DNA of 20,989 nucleotides, from contig JAEOTX010000157.1 in the NCBI GenBank assembly GCA_016839605.1, positions 1 through 20,989 on the forward strand, given 5' to 3'. The position numbers and the translations under genes are program-made. Below the pieces are notes generated by a model. It saw nothing but the letters and a program-made list of their open reading frames with translations. It was not told the DNA's origin and did not search any database. The stretch comes from Candidatus Thorarchaeota archaeon. Its GTDB lineage: Archaea > Asgardarchaeota > Thorarchaeia > Thorarchaeales > Thorarchaeaceae. This document shows, in pieces, positions 8,211 to 16,543 of this stretch (position 1 is its first letter; each line of letters begins with the position of its first letter).

Positions 8211-8322
8211 TGAGAGTTGGTGAATTAGCAATTCTGTTCTGAAGGATTCGTTGCAGCCCAACTCTCATCTCTTTCTAATCCTGTCATCATACCCGGAGGT
8301 ATCAAAGTGATGGGGTTAGAAA
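8211..8322 (+). other. Tandem long hairpins downstream of the GYD gene (structured 3' UTR, terminator or sRNA)
   Basis: Perfect 10-bp stem 8211-8220/8258-8267 with an inner stem. Then a 16-bp stem 8272-8287/8307-8322 with 4 G-U pairs on the + strand, capped by ATACC-CGGA-GGTAT. Confidence 0.55.
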
Positions 8323-8384
8323 TATGACCATCATCACTTAATAGGGAGTTTAACCACCGATAAGGTTCAAGGTAGTGATTTGTC

Positions 8385-8720
8385 GTGTATTGTCAGAGTT
8401 GCGGACAAGAGAATGCAGAGAATGCTACGTTCTGCTCCAACTGTGGAGCTCAGCTACATGCGGATGCCCCTCCACCAGAGAGCAGACCGCCAAAGAAACC
8501 CGATGAAGAATGCTTCGGACTCCCATATGGTGATGCGATTTGTGGTATCGTATTTGGTTCGATTGTCATCATTAGCGGGTTAGCCTATTTCTTTGGTTGG
8601 GACTTTTCGACCATATGGGAAACGACGATATTTCCATATCTTGTAGTCCTCTTCGGTGCTCTAATCATCTTGGGAGCAATATACAGCTCATCAACCAAAT
8701 CTAAGCGCGTTCGATATTGA
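8385..8720 (+). CDS. Zinc-ribbon domain membrane protein (2 TM)
   Basis: 'YCQSCGQENAENATFCSNCGAQL' double-knuckle zinc ribbon, 'EECFGLP', two hydrophobic helices and a basic tail. Confidence 0.85.
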   Translation: MYCQSCGQENAENATFCSNCGAQLHADAPPPESRPPKKPDEECFGLPYGDAICGIVFGSIVIISGLAYFFGWDFSTIWETTIFPYLVVLFGALIILGAIYSSSTKSKRVRY

Positions 8721-8792
8721 ATTCAACTGATTAGACATAGGTACACGAGTCCCTACATAGGGGTCTGAATGGATTCTAGACCATCTAAGGGC

Positions 8793-9527
8793 TTACTGGT
8801 TTTGACACAACTGAGAACCACACCGTGAACAGATTCGCTGATGCTCGCTCTTCGACATCACTATCCTGGTATAGATCCAGAATAGCACGATCAGAAGAAT
8901 GTATAGGTCAATAGCAATACTGCCTGCTAATTGATCAGTACCAGCGAGGAGCAGGAAAGCTCCGCTGACAAAGATGACATTCAACAAGAAACGGAATGCG
9001 CCACTTGGTTTTCCAAGAACTCTGTAGACATTGTGCTGAATGATTCCGATCGCCACTCCAGCAAACCCTGTCCAAAAAGCCAATTCCGCAGAAAGGAGAG
9101 GAACTCCAATGATAAAGTAGAGCCAGCTTCCGAGAATAGCAAGTGCAGCTCCTGTTGACAATCCTGTACAGCCTGCACAAAACACGCTCTCACCAATATT
9201 TAGTACATGCGTAGAGAAGTCCTCACAAGGGTAGTGATGTCCTCTGCGGGCGGATTCAGTTCTTGGCAATGGTTCTTGACTCATCTCGCGATCTTCTTGC
9301 ATGGAGTCAGGAGAGCGCGATACGGAACAGGTTGAAGGACGAACGCCTGCAATTCCCCCCAGTAGACAGATAGTGATGAAACTGAATCCTACAACAAGTG
9401 ACTGTGATTCAATCACCGAGGGAGTCACTATAGACCGAATCGCCATCAACGGCACCAAGCTGAGCCCAAGAAGTGATATTCCTTGAAATCGCTTTGACCA
9501 AGATTCAGCTGAGCCCAGGCCATGCAT
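8793..9527 (-). CDS. Cys/His-rich multi-pass membrane protein (DUF2085-like)
   Basis: About 6 TM helices with 'GHHYPCEDFSTHV...FCAGCTG' and a C-terminal 'HQRICSRC....C'. Its start lies 2 nt after the stop of the upstream radical SAM gene. Confidence 0.75.
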   Translation of the reverse strand: MHGLGSAESWSKRFQGISLLGLSLVPLMAIRSIVTPSVIESQSLVVGFSFITICLLGGIAGVRPSTCSVSRSPDSMQEDREMSQEPLPRTESARRGHHYPCEDFSTHVLNIGESVFCAGCTGLSTGAALAILGSWLYFIIGVPLLSAELAFWTGFAGVAIGIIQHNVYRVLGKPSGAFRFLLNVIFVSGAFLLLAGTDQLAGSIAIDLYILLIVLFWIYTRIVMSKSEHQRICSRCGSQLCQNQ

Positions 9528-9529
9528 TA

Positions 9530-10954
9530 CTAGAACATACTCCTCAATACTCCAATCATTCCCTGACGCATCATGTACCTGTAGGTTACACGTTTGAACT
9601 TGTTGCTGGAAAAGACACCTGTTACCCTTCGCTTCATGGATCCATAGAAGCTCCTATAGCACAGGTAAAGCTCTTCTTGAACTTCTTCTCGTGAGAGATG
9701 TTCAGTGGGCATTATCGCATGAACCATGTCATAGTGCGCCCAGTTCTTGTCTTCAATCCATCCCTCGCTATCGGCTTTTTCGTAAAGGGCTGTGCCTGGA
9801 AACGGCGTAAGTATCATTGTGATTGCTATGTCTGGGTCAATATCATTAACATAAGCGCGCAGTCCTTGTATTGTTTCATGAGAATCACTTCGTTCTCCTA
9901 TAATGAGTGTAGCCTGAGCGAATATGTCGTTAAGCTTCATGATGCGCATAGCCTCCTTAGACGCTGTGGGATTAATTCTCTTGTTGAAAGAAGCAAGGGT
10001 TTCAGGACTATGACTCTCCACGCCAGCAAGAATCCAGGTCAATCCTGCTCTCCGTAGTTTTGGCAGAATTGTTTGGTGATTGACTATGTCATCGCAACGA
10101 GCCTGCATGAACCACATGATGTCATCTGCAAATCCTTTACTGATGATTTCGTCACATAGCTCGTCTGTTCTTTTGCCCAACCCGAAATTGTCATCTGTAA
10201 GCCAGAAGAACCGTGTGCCAAATTTGTCGTAGCAATACTCGAACTCATCAGCAATTCGTTTGGGTGACTTCGATCTCCATCTTCCTCCCCAGAAGACACA
10301 CTGCGAACAGAAATTGCAGTTGTGTGGACACCCTCTTGATGCTTCAACAAGAGCATAGGGGGTATGACGTCCGGCCATCATCGTGAAGTGGTACTCCTTC
10401 ATATAGTCCTCAACAAGATCATATGCTGGAAATGGCAAATCCTCAAGCCCCTCGAAGAATGGACGATCAGGATTTACGATAATCTTGTCATTATGTCTGA
10501 ATGTGATTCCTTTTACATCAGAGAGCGGCAAATTTCCCTTCAAACATTGAACTACTTCAAGCAGCGTCTGTTCTCCCTCCCCACGCACGATAATGTCTAG
10601 TTCAGGATAGGTTTCAAGGGTTTCTCGAGCCAGTGCAGTGAAATGTTGGCCACCAACCACAGTGGTGATGTCTGGATTGACATCCTTTGCCATGCCAATT
10701 GTCCGAATGGCTACATAGGTGTTGCATGTTGCCAATGCACTAGGTGCGACGAGATTTGGCTGAGATGAAGCGATACGTTGGCCAAGTCCTTTCCAAGTCA
10801 TTCTCTCTGCATTACAGTCAACAACCTCTATCTCAAGTGTATCATCATGTTCGCGAAGGTAGGCTGCGAGATTCAATATGCCAAGAGGCGGTGGGAGATA
10901 TTCACCCATTACGAACCAAAACTCCTTCGGAGGTTCCACAAACATGATTTTCAT
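9530..10954 (-). CDS. B12-binding (class B) radical SAM protein, BchE-like superfamily
   Basis: N-terminal cobalamin-binding domain ('PPLGILNLAAYLR', 'VVGGQHFT', 'IVRGEGEQT'), then 'SRGCPHNCNFC', 'DDNF', 'GVES' and 'TPFPGT'. ATG 10954 is preferred over GTG 10963 because of the upstream GAGAGTGA. Confidence 0.92.
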   Translation of the reverse strand: MKIMFVEPPKEFWFVMGEYLPPPLGILNLAAYLREHDDTLEIEVVDCNAERMTWKGLGQRIASSQPNLVAPSALATCNTYVAIRTIGMAKDVNPDITTVVGGQHFTALARETLETYPELDIIVRGEGEQTLLEVVQCLKGNLPLSDVKGITFRHNDKIIVNPDRPFFEGLEDLPFPAYDLVEDYMKEYHFTMMAGRHTPYALVEASRGCPHNCNFCSQCVFWGGRWRSKSPKRIADEFEYCYDKFGTRFFWLTDDNFGLGKRTDELCDEIISKGFADDIMWFMQARCDDIVNHQTILPKLRRAGLTWILAGVESHSPETLASFNKRINPTASKEAMRIMKLNDIFAQATLIIGERSDSHETIQGLRAYVNDIDPDIAITMILTPFPGTALYEKADSEGWIEDKNWAHYDMVHAIMPTEHLSREEVQEELYLCYRSFYGSMKRRVTGVFSSNKFKRVTYRYMMRQGMIGVLRSMF

Positions 10955-11112
10955 GGCTATCACTCTCTAGTCGGGACTCTTTACAATGACCAGCAACGAG
11001 CTAAAATACCTTGTTAGATAAGGTGCAGGAGTTCCGCGCAGTAAGGTACACATAGGAGAAAATTCTGAAAGAAATATACCGAGGATTGGCTTCGCACACA
11101 ACGGTGAATTGA

Positions 11113-11784
11113 TTGGCAATAACAATTCGATATCTAGCACATGCGAGCTTTTTGATCAAGGTTGACGATCAGCACATCTACATAGACCCGTCAACAAAGA
11201 ACACAGGCCTGAAGAATGAAGACTTTGGTGAAGCAGACCTGATTCTGGTCACTCACGGTCATCAGGACCACTTCGATAAAAAACTCATCAAGAAGATCCG
11301 CAAATTGGGGTCTCCCATCATTGCTCCTCCGAACCTCAAGAAAGAGCTTAGCGGAGGAATTGTTTGGGATTTGGGACCTGGCCAGTTCATGAAGATGATG
11401 TTTGCAGATATAACCATCAGTGCGGTTCCTGCGTATAATGTGAAGAGGTTTCGCAAGTCTGGTGAGCCATTTCATCCCAAAGATCTCGGTGTGGGCTACG
11501 TCGTGAAGATAGACGGCAAGAAGATCTACCACGCAGGAGATACCGACCTGATCCCTGAGATGGAAGACTGGTGGGATTTTGATGTTGCTTTATTGCCCTG
11601 TGGAGATACATACACAATGGACATTGAAGAAGCATCAGAGGCTGCGATAAAGATGAATCCCAAAGTGGCTATTCCAATGCATCTCAAGGGAGCAGACCCG
11701 AATGTCTTCAAGGACATAGTCGAGAGTAGTTCTTCAACTGAGGTAGTGATTCTTGGTGAAGGTGAAGAGTACTCTCTGGAATGA
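11113..11784 (+). CDS. Metallo-beta-lactamase-fold hydrolase (UPF0173/UlaG-like), cytoplasmic
   Basis: Motifs 'HASFLI', 'IYIDP', 'THGHQDH', 'IYHAGDT', 'DVALLP' and 'IPMH'. Confidence 0.92.
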   Translation: MAITIRYLAHASFLIKVDDQHIYIDPSTKNTGLKNEDFGEADLILVTHGHQDHFDKKLIKKIRKLGSPIIAPPNLKKELSGGIVWDLGPGQFMKMMFADITISAVPAYNVKRFRKSGEPFHPKDLGVGYVVKIDGKKIYHAGDTDLIPEMEDWWDFDVALLPCGDTYTMDIEEASEAAIKMNPKVAIPMHLKGADPNVFKDIVESSSSTEVVILGEGEEYSLE

Positions 11785-11789
11785 TGTGT

Positions 11790-12026
11790 TCACTCCTTCT
11801 TCAGATGAACTCCCAGTTGCCTCTTCATGCGTCGAATGAAGTAAGCTACACTGCCATAGAGAAGCGCACCGGAAACCAGCATAGTAACTGCAGCCTGCAC
11901 AATGCGTATCTCTAGAGCTAGATGGGGATTCAGGAGTATAGCCACAGTGAGAATGAACATAGCAGGAAACACGAATAGGAACAGCACGGTTATTGTTATG
12001 ATCTCAAACAACTCGCCAAGGGGCAT
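11790..12026 (-). CDS. Small two-TM membrane protein
   Basis: Two hydrophobic helices and a basic C-terminus. The start is uncertain (12083, 12068 or 12026); GAGAGG precedes ATG 12026. Confidence 0.65.
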   Translation of the reverse strand: MPLGELFEIITITVLFLFVFPAMFILTVAILLNPHLALEIRIVQAAVTMLVSGALLYGSVAYFIRRMKRQLGVHLKKE

Positions 12027-12098
12027 AGCAAACACGAACCTCTCTTTCTGAGAGTATGTGTGTTTCATAATGAGATGATGCAATTGGTCAACGCAATG

Positions 12099-12434
12099 CT
12101 ACTCGAATAAGCCCATTTCCTTCTTTCTCTTCTGCGCTTCACGTATGGTTCCTGCATACGCCTTAGCCTTTGTGGCATTGGGGTCATTTGGATTTGCTCT
12201 TGCTGCTCTGTCGAAGGAAAATGCCGCCTTGATTTTGTACATATTCGCCCGAGAATGGTCTCCCGTTCCTTCAATCTCTGTGCCAAATAGATTACACGCT
12301 CTTCCGAGCTCCCACCACGCAGCAAACGAGGAAGGAGTCATGCTGGAGGCTTGGTTGAAGGCATTGATTGCATCCTCAAGGCGACCCGACTGCATCGCCT
12401 CTCTTCCGAGTTCAAACCAATCTGCGGTATCCAT
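12099..12434 (-). CDS. Small tetratricopeptide-repeat (TPR) protein
   Basis: 'WFELGREAMQSGRLEDAINAFNQASSMTP' and 'AWWELGRA...AAFSFDRAARANPNDPNA' fit two TPR units, the second with an insertion. Confidence 0.8.
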   Translation of the reverse strand: MDTADWFELGREAMQSGRLEDAINAFNQASSMTPSSFAAWWELGRACNLFGTEIEGTGDHSRANMYKIKAAFSFDRAARANPNDPNATKAKAYAGTIREAQKRKKEMGLFE

Positions 12435-12537
12435 GGGAGTGACCAGCTCTTTGGAATTATGCTGGCGCTGATAAGCTTAGTGCACTCTTGCTCTCTTCGT
12501 CAGTTAGATATCGATGCAACCTGGCTTGTGAAACAAG

Positions 12538-13005
12538 ATGATAATTCGTGAGGCAACAAGGGATGATGCCGAGTGGGTGCTGCATCATAGACTAGGTATG
12601 TTCAGAGCTATGGGTGAACCTAAGGAATTCATCGATGAGACCTCGGTCTTAATGAAGGCGTATCTCGAGGGTGACTGGACACGCGACTATCGCTACTTCT
12701 TAGTTGAGGATAAAAAGGAGGTAATTGGCGGCTGTGGGTTAAGCACATTCAGATTGCCTCCCATGGCTCACCAAAAGACTGGAATCTATGCCTATCTCTC
12801 CAACATGTTTATCGAGCCAGAATATCAGAGCAAGGGTATTGGTCGAGCCTTGCTTAAGCATGTGATCGAAGTTTGTGAGAATGAAAATATCGGCTTAATC
12901 ATCCTGCATGCCTCTGTACATGGATCACACCTTTTCAAATCTGAGGGATTCAGCGGCCCTGAGCATCTTATGCATCTGCTTACGTTGAAACATCGTAGGG
13001 AGTAA
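12538..13005 (+). CDS. GNAT-family N-acetyltransferase
   Basis: 'IREATRDD', acetyl-CoA motif A ('NMFIEPEYQSKGIGRALL') and 'LHAS...LFKSEGF'. Confidence 0.9.
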   Translation: MIIREATRDDAEWVLHHRLGMFRAMGEPKEFIDETSVLMKAYLEGDWTRDYRYFLVEDKKEVIGGCGLSTFRLPPMAHQKTGIYAYLSNMFIEPEYQSKGIGRALLKHVIEVCENENIGLIILHASVHGSHLFKSEGFSGPEHLMHLLTLKHRRE

Positions 13006-13051
13006 GACACCGAAGGATATTGATTATAAACAAGTCAACGCAAAGCAACGC

Positions 13052-13381
13052 ATGCCAGAATTACAGATTGAAGACATTATTGTTGGAACAGGTGCCTCTC
13101 CAACCAAGGGGCAGACAGTAGTGGTCCATTACACCGGGTGGTTGACTGATGGCAAGAAGTTCGATAGTTCGTTGGATAGAGGTACTCCCTTTGAATTCAA
13201 GATCGGTCTTGGTGAAGTGATTCAAGGCTGGGATCAAGGAGTCCTCACAATGAAGATTGGCGGCAAAAGAAAGCTGACAATTCCTCCTGAATTAGCATAT
13301 GGTTCACGAGATGTCGGCGGTGGATTGATTCCAGCTAATTCAACTCTTGTCTTTGAAGTAGAGCTCCTTGGTCTGAAGTAG
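13052..13381 (+). CDS. FKBP-type peptidyl-prolyl cis-trans isomerase (short, FKBP12-like)
   Basis: 'VVVHYTGWLTDGKKFDSS', 'VIQGWDQG', 'IPPELAYG' and 'IPANSTLVFEVELL'. Confidence 0.97.
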   Translation: MPELQIEDIIVGTGASPTKGQTVVVHYTGWLTDGKKFDSSLDRGTPFEFKIGLGEVIQGWDQGVLTMKIGGKRKLTIPPELAYGSRDVGGGLIPANSTLVFEVELLGLK

Positions 13382-13454
13382 TGTCCAACACTCAGCATTG
13401 ATGTGTTACATACATGAATATAGTATAAAGACATACACAGTCCGAGTTCCTACA

Positions 13455-13793
13455 ATGACCATGACGAATTCATCAACTGTTTGCGGCAGATGCGGATGCA
13501 TCCTCTTCTATACTGGAGAGAACTGCATGTTTTGCCCTGCTGCTGATGAAATCCTTGAGGATGTGAGAGCGCCTCTCGAAGTCGAAGACAGTGCTATTTG
13601 CCGAATTGACATCGAGGACATGAATGAAGATACCTTAGATGCACCTGTCACCTCAATACCTATGATGCGTATATGTGACACCACGATAACTGGACTCCCA
13701 GACGAATCCTCAGTCAGGGATGCACTCATTGCAATGCTAGTAAAGTCATGCTATTATGAAAGCCAGGATGGGATGTCCTTCCAAGCTAGATGA
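13455..13793 (+). CDS. Hypothetical protein with an N-terminal CxxC...CxxC knuckle
   Basis: 'CGRCGC...CMFC' followed by an acidic region. The start is moved from 13398 to the in-frame ATG 13455, about 25 nt after TATAAG. Confidence 0.6.
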   Translation: MTMTNSSTVCGRCGCILFYTGENCMFCPAADEILEDVRAPLEVEDSAICRIDIEDMNEDTLDAPVTSIPMMRICDTTITGLPDESSVRDALIAMLVKSCYYESQDGMSFQAR

Positions 13794-13881
13794 CTAACAC
13801 TCTTACCTGTATGTCTTGCATCACACATCGCCTGCGTTGAACCTTACCTTAAATACTGGCTTGCAGAGTGTAATTTGGATT

Positions 13882-14694
13882 ATGGGACTTACAAGCAATC
13901 CCCGGACTATGATAGCCTTGGGAGCTATTCTTATTCTTGTCACGGTTGGTTCTGCTGTAGTGGTACTTCCGCTCTTGACACCTGCTCCTCCTGCTCCACC
14001 CGATGCAGGGGAGTCAATCACCCTCACATTGCTAGATAACGCGGGAGTTATGATTGAGGCTGATGACCTGAGGATATACGTTGACCCAATAAACCTCAAC
14101 TCGAGTTTCGAGGATCTTGATGCAGATGCTATTCTGGTAACTCATCCTCATGGAGATCACTATCAGAGCAATACAGTAAACATGCTTCAGAAGGAAGGCA
14201 CAGTGAATGTCTTTCCTGCGAATATGTCGACAGAAGTCACCCTTCATGACGGGATAGGAGTAGTTCCTGGTGATAGTGTCCAAGTTGGTACAGCTAACAT
14301 CACTGCATTCTACATGTACACACTTCCAGTAGATATCTATCCTGCTTCTCATCCCAGTGAAGCCAACTGGACAAGCTATATCATAGAAATTGACGGATTT
14401 ACCATCTTTCATGCTGGGGACTCGAAGAACATTGACGAGTATGAACAACTCGAAGGCCAGATTGATGTTGCACTCTTGCCTCTTGGACCTGGTTGTCAGA
14501 CAATGGCTGACTACGAGATTGTCTTGGTGCTTGAGACGATAAATCCTGGCTGCTTTATTCCAATACACTATGCGGCTGGTGCCGACCAGACATGGATTGC
14601 AGAATATGATGATATGGTGGCCGACAGAACAGACTGCGAAATCCTGAGTCTGGCCTATTTCGAGTCTCACACATTTGAGAACATCGGGCAATGA
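13882..14694 (+). CDS. Membrane-anchored/exported MBL-fold metallo-hydrolase
   Basis: N-terminal TM helix and Pro-rich linker, with 'IYVDP', 'THPHGDH', 'IFHAGDS' and 'IPIHY'. Sequons NSS, NMS, NIT and NWT. In-frame ATG 13882 lies ~26 nt after CTTAAATA. Confidence 0.88.
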   Translation: MGLTSNPRTMIALGAILILVTVGSAVVVLPLLTPAPPAPPDAGESITLTLLDNAGVMIEADDLRIYVDPINLNSSFEDLDADAILVTHPHGDHYQSNTVNMLQKEGTVNVFPANMSTEVTLHDGIGVVPGDSVQVGTANITAFYMYTLPVDIYPASHPSEANWTSYIIEIDGFTIFHAGDSKNIDEYEQLEGQIDVALLPLGPGCQTMADYEIVLVLETINPGCFIPIHYAAGADQTWIAEYDDMVADRTDCEILSLAYFESHTFENIGQ

Positions 14695-14702
14695 CTGCAA
14701 TA

Positions 14703-14748
14703 GGGAGCTAGGTACAGCAAGTGCCAGCTCCTTCGCTTATTTCATTCT
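14703..14748 (+). terminator. Hairpin plus U-rich tract after the exported MBL gene
   Basis: GGAGCT-A-GGTAC-(AGCAA)-GTGCC-AGCTCC stem, followed by TTCGCTTATTTCATTCT. Confidence 0.55.
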
Positions 14749-14951
14749 AACCACATGGAATCGGTCAATCTGATGGCTTTCAATACACAGTCTCAAGCAC
14801 TTCTTTTCGCTGAACAGCTATAATAGGACAACACAATTATACTCCCAATCACAAGCGGGAAGCGTCACCTATTGAGCAGCGCAGCTATAGGTGTTCGCCA
14901 AGCCGGGGTCCAAACGGGGTTTGAGACTTGACACACCATACTATCAATGAT

Positions 14952-15590
14952 ATGCATGAACACAAGGACTCAACTCAGCCTGTACAGCACATCATCGTTT
15001 CATTAATCGAGAGTGGGCTCTCAATATTCTACAAGCCATTTGTCAAAGAAGAGATTGACCCGGACCTCTTCAGTGCCATTCTCACTGTGTATGCATTAGT
15101 TGAGGAGGTGCATGGTAGTCAAGGTGTGAATGCGGACCATGAAACCTATCCTATTGAGGATCACACTGCCAACATCTGTTATGGGGACTATTTGGCAGGT
15201 ATAGCAGTCGCGAGTGGACCTGTTGAGGACCAGTTCATGGTCAAGCTCAAGAAGTTCATAACAGCCTATGAGAATGAATATGGCTTTGTCCTCACGACAT
15301 GGGATGGGGACCGTTCGTTTTTCGATCACGAGTGGGCTGACATTCAATTGCAGGAGTACCTCAGTCCAAAAGAAACCATGTACAGACTTCATGAGCGCCC
15401 TCTGAGCCTTTCAGAAAACGCCCGGCAATTTCGTCTCATTCTTCTTGTTCGTAGGTTTGTTGGATCTGATTCTTTTAGCCCTGATACTCTCAAAGATCTG
15501 CTCATGCGTGAACTCGACATCCCTGAATACATTGCTAATGATTTTCTATCTATGATGGAGGACAAAGGAATAATCCTGAGGGTCTCGTAA
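14952..15590 (+). CDS. Asgard-type longin-like domain protein with a C-terminal winged-helix-like extension
   Basis: 'ESGLSIFYKPF..EEIDPDLFSAIL' and 'KLKKFITAYENEYGFVLTTWDGDRSFF' fit the Asgard longin pattern as I recall it. The C-terminal 'LSMMEDKGII' is wHTH-like. The start is ATG 14952 or TTG 14928. Confidence 0.65.
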   Translation: MHEHKDSTQPVQHIIVSLIESGLSIFYKPFVKEEIDPDLFSAILTVYALVEEVHGSQGVNADHETYPIEDHTANICYGDYLAGIAVASGPVEDQFMVKLKKFITAYENEYGFVLTTWDGDRSFFDHEWADIQLQEYLSPKETMYRLHERPLSLSENARQFRLILLVRRFVGSDSFSPDTLKDLLMRELDIPEYIANDFLSMMEDKGIILRVS

Positions 15591-15684
15591 TACTGTCTCG
15601 CACATCGATTCCCGAATGCAAATCTGCAGAAGTAAGATCTGATACCAAGAAAAAGCCGCCAACGCTTAGATTACGGAAGAAGGA

Positions 15685-16464
15685 TTAGATTTTTGCCTTT
15701 GGTATTGTTTCTCGCTTGTGTTGAGAACCAGATACCATGCTAAGGACCCTATTGATGTTCTCTTCCGAATATCCTGCGGATACAATGGCATCCGGCTCCA
15801 TGCCTTTGTCGAATCTAAGATACAAGATACTGTCAAGCTCTGGATACGCGACTCCTATCTCACCCTCATCAGTCTGATTCGCCCAGAGACCAGCTGAAGG
15901 GATTTTCTCGACTAGGTGGTCAGACACACCGATATACCTGGCTAGGCCCCAGACATTCACCTTGTAGAGTTCAGCGATAGGAAGTATATCGACACCACCA
16001 TCGCCGTATTTTGTGAAGTATCCGATCAGAATCTCGCTCTTATTACCTGTACCAAGAACAAGTCCGTTGTTGTTGTTCGCTACGCCATACCACGCCGCCA
16101 TTCTGAGTCTGGCCATGAGGTTTCCAAGTGCGACTTTGCCAAGATTCAGAGTACTGTAGGCTTCAACAGCTGGACCTATCTCGAATAAATCGTAGGACAT
16201 TCCTAGAGACTCTGCTAGGTCTGAGGCATCTTTGACGTTCTTCGCATCTTTCTTCGCATCGACTGGCATGAGAAGTCCTTTGACCTTGTCTGGTCCCAGA
16301 GCCTCACATGCAAGTGTCGCCATCAGGCTCGAGTCTATTCCACCACTGAGTCCCATCACTACACACGAAACACCTGCTCCATCGAAATACTCTCGGATGA
16401 ACTTCACTATCCTATTTCTCGGTCCCTCAAAATCCTCGATGAGTAGGCCATCAGGCAGTTCCAT
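15685..16464 (-). CDS. nadE: NH3-dependent NAD+ synthetase
   Basis: 'GLSGGIDS' PP-loop, 'GNLMARLRM', 'GTGNKSEILIGYFTKYGDG', 'PSAGLW..QTDE' and 'SQHKR'. Confidence 0.97.
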   Translation of the reverse strand: MELPDGLLIEDFEGPRNRIVKFIREYFDGAGVSCVVMGLSGGIDSSLMATLACEALGPDKVKGLLMPVDAKKDAKNVKDASDLAESLGMSYDLFEIGPAVEAYSTLNLGKVALGNLMARLRMAAWYGVANNNNGLVLGTGNKSEILIGYFTKYGDGGVDILPIAELYKVNVWGLARYIGVSDHLVEKIPSAGLWANQTDEGEIGVAYPELDSILYLRFDKGMEPDAIVSAGYSEENINRVLSMVSGSQHKRETIPKAKI

Positions 16465-16543
16465 TTGTAATCCCTCTAATCTACGCTCTCCTTAGTATTG
16501 TGCTTTAGAAGTTACGTGTTTCGGGCGAATCTTGCACTAGCGC

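Noticed and set aside
9530-10954. Calling the B12 radical SAM bchE
   Set aside because: There is no photosynthesis gene context, and the similarity is only at superfamily level.
10964-11112. Cobalamin riboswitch upstream of the B12 radical SAM gene
   Set aside because: No recognisable B12-box or conserved core, and the region is short and shared with a divergent promoter.
14032-14700. 222-aa minus-strand ORF and the many other short overlapping ORFs in the track
   Set aside because: They are antisense or alternate-frame shadows of genes with clear family motifs and have no recognisable motifs of their own.
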